From an uncultured delta proteobacterium (lineage in GTDB: Bacteria > Desulfobacterota > RBG-13-43-22), in the NCBI GenBank assembly GCA_963743305.1, contig CAVUPH010000008.1, positions 67,679 to 131,678 of the forward strand: DNA of 64,000 bases, given 5' to 3'. The translations under genes and the position numbers were made by a program. The notes beneath the pieces were generated by a model. That model saw nothing but the letters and a program-made list of their open reading frames with translations, made no database searches and was not told where the DNA came from. Positions within the stretch are counted from its first letter, which is position 1; each line of letters opens with the position of its first letter. This document shows, in pieces, positions 58,795 through 64,000 of the stretch.

Positions 58795-59391
58795 GCAGGT
58801 TTTAAGCCCTTAGATTGCGTTTTGGTTTAGGATGCGTGCGTTGTTTTTTACGGTTGGATTAAGGACGGTTGTAATGGATTCGAAAGGCCCTGTCAAAGGG
58901 GGAAAGGGCGATTTTTAAGTTAGCCAAGGCTGAAGCGTTGAGGAGGCTGAAGTAGCCCTGAAAGCGGTCCTTCAAGGTTTCAAGAGGTCTAACTGGCTAG
59001 AAATTCATTTCATATTTGGATTCAATAAATCCTGAGTAGTTTTCAGGGGTAAGCCTCCTGGCTCCCTCGAGGGCCGCGGCGGGTTCATTATTTTTCCTCT
59101 GTTTTCCTTTTCTTTTCTTCCTTTTTTGAAGCCTCCCGCCCCCCCCCTTCAAAAATCTCCTTTTCCCCTTTCCCTCGATAAAGAAAACCTGGAAAGCCAG
59201 GGGTTCTGCTGGATTAAGGGGGTCCTTTTTTCGATGAATAGCGGTCCTCGGCGGAACCTGAACCAGCAACTCGATTTTGTGCTGTAATTTACCGGCCTTC
59301 CGGTGGTTGAAGGAGTGGCGGGAAAAATGAAAACAGACGTTGTTCGCCCTTATGGGCGGGTGGCTACCCTCGTGGAGAACTGCCAATGGTT

Positions 59392-60744
59392 TTAAAGACG
59401 GGATTGTACTTGGGTCAACAGCCCTTCTATAAGTTGTTGTATTTCCTTTAGACGGGCCGGCGAGCGGGCCTCAAAACGCAAGACCAGTACCGGCTGGGTA
59501 TTTGAGGCTCGGATAAGCCCCCAGCCGTCCTCAAAGAGTACCCGGACCCCGTCCACCTCGATGATCGGAAAACGACCGGCCAATTCATTTTTCATGGCCT
59601 CCACCAAGCTAAATTTAAGCTCTTCCGGGGTCTCCACTCGAATTTCCGGAGTGGCGTAGGTTTGGGGGAGGCCTGCCAAGAGTTCGGATATGGAATGACC
59701 GGATCGGGCCAATATTTCCAAAAGCCGCAACGAGGCATAGATGGCGTCATCGAAGCCAAAGTAGCGATCCGCGAAAAAAATATGTCCGCTCATTTCACCT
59801 GCCAGCACGGCCTGAACTTCCTTCATTTTCTGTTTAATCAAGGAGTGCCCGGTCTTCCACATCAGGACCTGGCCCCCTTGGCGGGGGATGTCTTCGTACA
59901 GATTTTGGGAGCATTTAACCTCCCCGAGGAAGGTAGCCCCGGGATGGGTTTTCAGGATATCCCGGGCGAATAGGATCAGGAGTTGATCTCCCCAGATAAT
60001 CGTTCCCCGATGGTCGACGACCCCCAGGCGATCCCCGTCCCCATCGTAAGCCAGGCCCACGTCCAGTTTTTCCCGACGCACCAGGTCGATCAAATCGGCC
60101 AAATTCCGGGGTACCGTGGGATCGGGCTCATGATGGGGGAAGGTGCCGTCGATATCGCAATACAGGTCAAAGACCTGGCAACCCAATTTTTTCAGAAGCG
60201 GCAAGGCCAGCCAGCCGCCGGTCCCGTTTCCCCCGTCCACCCCCACCCGTAAGGGCTTGGACAGCCGGATATCGGAAAGGATGAACTGGTGATAAGCCGG
60301 AAGGACGTCCCGGTATTCCAACTGGCCGTGGCCGGCAAGGAAATCGCCCTTTTCAGCAATACCCAGCAGCCTCTGGATTTCTTGCCCAAAGATGGTATCC
60401 GGTCCGTTACAGATTTTAAATCCATTGTATTCCGGTGGATTGTGGCTGGCGGTAATCATAACCCCGCCATCGGCTTCCAAGGAGCGAATGGAAAAATACA
60501 AGAGCGGCGTCGGACAGACCCCGATATCCAGGACCTGGCAACCGGTGGACAGCAGTCCTTCCAGCAGATGGTCCCGAAAGGTCCCGGAACTCAGACGGCC
60601 GTCGCGGCCCAGGGTGATCTTTTTTTTCCCCTCCCGCCCCAGATAAGTTCCGATAGCCCGGCCTAAGAGGGCCACTTCGTCAAGGGTTATTTCCCGATCG
60701 ACCAGGGCCCGAATATCATATTCTCTAAATATATGGGGTTTCAT
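59392..60744 (-). CDS. phosphomannomutase/phosphoglucomutase (AlgC type)
   Basis: FREYDIR, TASHNP, DGDGDR, GEMSGH, RASNTQP. Confidence 0.95.
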   Translation of the reverse strand: MKPHIFREYDIRALVDREITLDEVALLGRAIGTYLGREGKKKITLGRDGRLSSGTFRDHLLEGLLSTGCQVLDIGVCPTPLLYFSIRSLEADGGVMITASHNPPEYNGFKICNGPDTIFGQEIQRLLGIAEKGDFLAGHGQLEYRDVLPAYHQFILSDIRLSKPLRVGVDGGNGTGGWLALPLLKKLGCQVFDLYCDIDGTFPHHEPDPTVPRNLADLIDLVRREKLDVGLAYDGDGDRLGVVDHRGTIIWGDQLLILFARDILKTHPGATFLGEVKCSQNLYEDIPRQGGQVLMWKTGHSLIKQKMKEVQAVLAGEMSGHIFFADRYFGFDDAIYASLRLLEILARSGHSISELLAGLPQTYATPEIRVETPEELKFSLVEAMKNELAGRFPIIEVDGVRVLFEDGWGLIRASNTQPVLVLRFEARSPARLKEIQQLIEGLLTQVQSRL

Positions 60745-60762
60745 TCCATCCTCCGCTCATTT

Positions 60763-61833
60763 CTACAACAGGTCTTCCCGCCCTTCTCGGATCAGCCGTT
60801 CGACGATTTTTTTTACTTCTTGGGAACGCTCCCGCGGACAAATCAGGAGGGCCTCCGGGGTTTCTACCACCACCAGGTCTTGAACGCCCAGAAGGGCCAC
60901 GGTTTTTTGAGGGCTGTACACCAAACAATCCCGGCTGTCCAAGTCGACCACCGACCCCTGAAAAACATTTCCCTGGCCGTCCTTTTCAGATAATTGATAG
61001 ACCGCTTCCCAACTGCCCACGTCGTTCCAACCGAAACGACCCTCGAGCATCCGTACGTTGTCCGCCTTCTCCATGACGGCGTAGTCAATGGAGATATCTT
61101 CCATCCGTTCATAGGCCTCCCGCAAAGCCTTTTCCCATCCCGGAGATCCCGATTGATTCTTAAGCCCCAACAGTTCCTCGTAAAGCGCCGGGGTCCAGCG
61201 TGCGAACTGCTTCAGGATCGTGGCCGCGGTCCAGATAAACATCCCGCTGTTCCAGTAAAAATGGCCGGCTGCCAGCATGGTTTCGGCCCTTTTTCGATCC
61301 GGTTTTTCATGAAAGGCCTTAACCTCCCAGACGCCGCGAGGGCTTCCAGACTTCATCGGCTCCCCTTGTTCAATATAACCGTAGCCCGTTTCCGGGAAGG
61401 TCGGGGGGATGCCCAGGGTAATTAGCACGTCGCCCTCTTGAGCCGCCTGCACGGCGGCCCTCAGGGTGATTTGAAAATCATCAATATCCTCAATATGATG
61501 ATCCGCCGGAAGGATGACCAGGGCCTCCTCCGGATCGCGTTCGGCCACAAAAAGCGCCGCCAGACCGATGCAGGGGGCCGTGTTCCTGCCGAGGGGTTCA
61601 ACCAGCAACTGATCGGCGGGGAGCTGGGGCAAGAGCTCCCGGATCAGGGGGGCTTGTTCCTCCTCGGTAACGATCAGAATTCGATCCCAGTCGCAAAGGG
61701 GCCGTATGCGGTCCACGGTCTGTTCCAGGATCGTTTTTTCCCCTATGATATTCAATAGTTGTTTAGGACGGTGCTTGCGGCTCCGGGGCCAGAAACGGGT
61801 CCCCCGACCACCGGCCATGATCACGGCAACCAT
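60763..61833 (-). CDS. manC: mannose-1-phosphate guanylyltransferase
   Basis: MAGGRGTRFWP.SR...PKQ, EP.GRNTAP, GYGYI, FHEKP, WNSG, WNDVGSW. Confidence 0.93.
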   Translation of the reverse strand: MVAVIMAGGRGTRFWPRSRKHRPKQLLNIIGEKTILEQTVDRIRPLCDWDRILIVTEEEQAPLIRELLPQLPADQLLVEPLGRNTAPCIGLAALFVAERDPEEALVILPADHHIEDIDDFQITLRAAVQAAQEGDVLITLGIPPTFPETGYGYIEQGEPMKSGSPRGVWEVKAFHEKPDRKRAETMLAAGHFYWNSGMFIWTAATILKQFARWTPALYEELLGLKNQSGSPGWEKALREAYERMEDISIDYAVMEKADNVRMLEGRFGWNDVGSWEAVYQLSEKDGQGNVFQGSVVDLDSRDCLVYSPQKTVALLGVQDLVVVETPEALLICPRERSQEVKKIVERLIREGREDLL

Positions 61834-61863
61834 GGGCTCTCCTCATTGAGATTTGAATTTAGT

Positions 61864-61887
61864 CGCTTCCCCCTTCGGGGGGAGGCG
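61864..61887. terminator. GC-rich hairpin after nifS
   Basis: CGCTTCCCCC-TTCG-GGGGGAGGCG. Confidence 0.5.
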
Positions 61888-61950
61888 CCCATCCAAAAGG
61901 GATAACAATCAATAAGGACGGACTTGTTGCGAGCGCGTCAATAGTCTCCC

Positions 61951-63138
61951 TTAACCGGCAGCCGAGGCTGTCGGCTGATCCCGATTCTTCCAGAAAGGCG
62001 AAATCTCCCGCAAACGGGAAATGATTTTTGGAAGATGCTCCAGGATAAAGTCCACTTCTTCCTCAGTGTTATAAGGGCTCAGGCTGAAACGAATCGAGCC
62101 GTGAGCGGCGGTAAAAGGGACCCCCATGGCCCGCAGGACATGGGAGGGTTCCAGGGACCCGGAGGTACAGGCCGAACCGGAAGAGGCGCAGATCCCCAGG
62201 TTGCTCATCAGCAGAAGGATCGATTCCCCTTCCACGTATTCAAAGCTGACGCTTACGGTGTTCGGCAGGCGCAAAATCCGGTCGCCGTTAATCAGGACTC
62301 GGGGGATCCGATCCAGGATCCCCTGCTCCAGTTTGTCCCGCAGGCCCCGCACCCGCTGGTTTTCATCGATCAAATGGACCTGGGCCAATTGGCAGGCCTG
62401 ACCCAGGCCGATGATATAGGGGACATTTTCCGTCCCGCCCCGGCGGCCTTTTTCCTGATGGCCCCCCATCAGAAAAGGGGTAAAGCGGGTTCCCCGCCGA
62501 ATATAGAGGACCCCGATCCCTTTGGGGGCATGGAGTTTGTGGCCGGAAAAGGCCAAAAGGTCGATCGGGATCTTTTGCAGGTTGATGGGCGCCTTGCCCA
62601 CGGCCTGGACGGCGTCGGTGTGGAACACCGAACCCTTGGACTTGACCAGGGCCGCTATTTCCTCGATGGGAAACACCACCCCGGTTTCGTTATTGGCCCA
62701 CATGATGCTGACAATGGCTGTTTCCTCGGTGATGGCGGCGGCCAGTTGGTCCAGGTCCAAACGGCCTTCCCGGTCCACCGGCAACAGGGTCACCCGGTAT
62801 CCTCTCTTGGATAGATAGGTGGCCAGGTTCAAAACGGCCGGATGCTCCACCCGGGTGGTGATCAGGTGCTTCTTTTGGGGATAGGAATTCAGGGTTCCCC
62901 AGAGGGAAGCATTATCGCTTTCGGTACCGCAACTGGTAAAAACAATTTCCGAAGGATCGGCCCCGATCAAGGCGGCCGTCTGCTCCCGGGCCTGCTGAAC
63001 ATTTTTGGCTACCTGGCCGCCGAAAAAGTGCATGCTGGATGGGTTCCCATAAAACGTGGAAAAAAAAGGCAACATGGCCTCCACCACCTCCGGCGCGGTC
63101 CGGGTGGTGGCGTTATTGTCCATATAAATAACCTTCAC
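61951..63138 (-). CDS. nifS: cysteine desulfurase NifS
   Basis: DNNATT, GNPSS, HTDAVQ, SGHK, SSGSACTS. Confidence 0.95.
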   Translation of the reverse strand: MKVIYMDNNATTRTAPEVVEAMLPFFSTFYGNPSSMHFFGGQVAKNVQQAREQTAALIGADPSEIVFTSCGTESDNASLWGTLNSYPQKKHLITTRVEHPAVLNLATYLSKRGYRVTLLPVDREGRLDLDQLAAAITEETAIVSIMWANNETGVVFPIEEIAALVKSKGSVFHTDAVQAVGKAPINLQKIPIDLLAFSGHKLHAPKGIGVLYIRRGTRFTPFLMGGHQEKGRRGGTENVPYIIGLGQACQLAQVHLIDENQRVRGLRDKLEQGILDRIPRVLINGDRILRLPNTVSVSFEYVEGESILLLMSNLGICASSGSACTSGSLEPSHVLRAMGVPFTAAHGSIRFSLSPYNTEEEVDFILEHLPKIISRLREISPFWKNRDQPTASAAG

Positions 63139-63980
63139 GATTTGACCTCCTCCACGGTGATCTCCGGGGCCACGAATTCCTTCAATTTAAACTCCACATA
63201 ATCCTTTAAGGTTACCTCAGCGGCCCGGCAGGAGGAACAGGCCCCCCGTAAAGCCACCAGCACTTTGTTGCCGTCAATGTCGATCAGGTCGATATCCCCG
63301 CCGTCTGCCTTCAACGCCGGTTTGATCTCTCTTTCCAGCGTCTCTTCGATCAGTTTCATCTTCTGGATGTTGGTCAATACCGTTTTTTTGACTGCCGGCG
63401 CCGGCCGGGTCCCCCGGTCTTCTTTCAGAATTCGGGCCAGGAGGGCTTCAATCTTTTCATGGCAGGATTCACAGCCGCCTCCGGCCTTGGTATAGTTGGT
63501 CACCTCTTCCCGGGTTTTCAGCCCGTTTTCCCGGATCACCCGCTCGATTTCCTTATCCGTGACCCCGAAGCACTCACAGACGATTTCCCCCTCTTCCGTC
63601 TTCGGAAGAGTTTGTCCCCGATAGTTGGCTATGGCCGCGGCCAGGGCCTGTTCGCCCAGCACCGAACAATGCATCTTTTCTTTCGGCAGACCGCCTAAAA
63701 AGGAGGCGATATCTTTGTTGGTGATTTTCCCCGCTTCATCCAGGGTCTTGCCGAGGATCAGTTCGGTCAAGGCCGAGGAGGAGGCAATGGCACTGGCGCA
63801 GCCGAACGTCTGAAATTTAGCCTCCTGGATCCGTTTTTCTTCGTCCAGCTTAAAGGTCAGCTTCAGGGCGTCGCCGCAGGCCAGGGAACCCACCTCGCCC
63901 ACCCCGTCGGGGTTTTCCACCTCGCCGATATTTTTTGGATTCTCAAAATATTCCTTCACTTTTTCCGTATAATCCCACAT
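63135..63980 (-). CDS. nifU: Fe-S scaffold NifU
   Basis: ACGD, FGCASA, KMHCS, CECF...GGCESC, GACSSC; three-domain NifU. Confidence 0.95.
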   Translation of the reverse strand: MWDYTEKVKEYFENPKNIGEVENPDGVGEVGSLACGDALKLTFKLDEEKRIQEAKFQTFGCASAIASSSALTELILGKTLDEAGKITNKDIASFLGGLPKEKMHCSVLGEQALAAAIANYRGQTLPKTEEGEIVCECFGVTDKEIERVIRENGLKTREEVTNYTKAGGGCESCHEKIEALLARILKEDRGTRPAPAVKKTVLTNIQKMKLIEETLEREIKPALKADGGDIDLIDIDGNKVLVALRGACSSCRAAEVTLKDYVEFKLKEFVAPEITVEEVKS

Positions 63981-64000
63981 GGATTACATCCCCCCAAACG

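Noticed and set aside
58997-59386. 129-aa ORF
   Set aside because: No recognisable motifs, low-complexity Lys/Gly runs, and it overlaps probable regulatory sequence.
58795-59391. oriC or 6S RNA
   Set aside because: No DnaA-box cluster or dnaN was seen, and the hairpin lacks the 6S size, motifs and usual gene context.
61951-63980. Nitrogen-fixation locus
   Set aside because: nifU-nifS alone serve as the housekeeping Fe-S assembly system in many anaerobes, and no nifHDK is present.

Overview
This is a chromosomal window from an anaerobic bacterium, most likely Desulfobacterota, judging by its sigma54/NtrC-type regulators, HdrA/MvhD, NifU-NifS, second DnaA and selenoprotein. I saw no rRNA, tRNA, CRISPR array, transposase or prophage. 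About 12 genes are split by single-base indels, many in homopolymers, which suggests unpolished long-read sequence. Main contents: (1) FabK/nitronate monooxygenase, a UGA-recoded DsrE-like selenoprotein with a SECIS-like hairpin, PAS kinases, and a receiver domain apparently fused to a phage-type DUF4376-like domain; (2) a sigma54 NifX/DUF5320 unit and a Ser/Thr kinase-USP pair; (3) a sigma54-driven NuoEFG-like operon ending in a degenerate HdrA-MvhD-winged-helix fusion; (4) an ~18 kb TauE-centred signalling cluster (3 paralogous kinases, 4 stand-alone receivers, NtrC, 2 TauE, TIGR02186-like protein, atypical dikinase, 2 CMP-kinase-like/BON proteins, heptad-expanded DUF202); (5) a cytoplasmic Psr/Phs-like molybdoenzyme joined to a second NuoEFG set and a GltD-like flavoprotein; (6) a ~310-bp nested inverted-repeat element before gcvH-lpdA; (7) csp, dsbD, lipoproteins, xdhC, a polyamine operon, an M20 hydrolase, a DnaA paralog, pgm/manC and nifU-nifS. 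All family assignments come from motif recognition by eye, not database searches.
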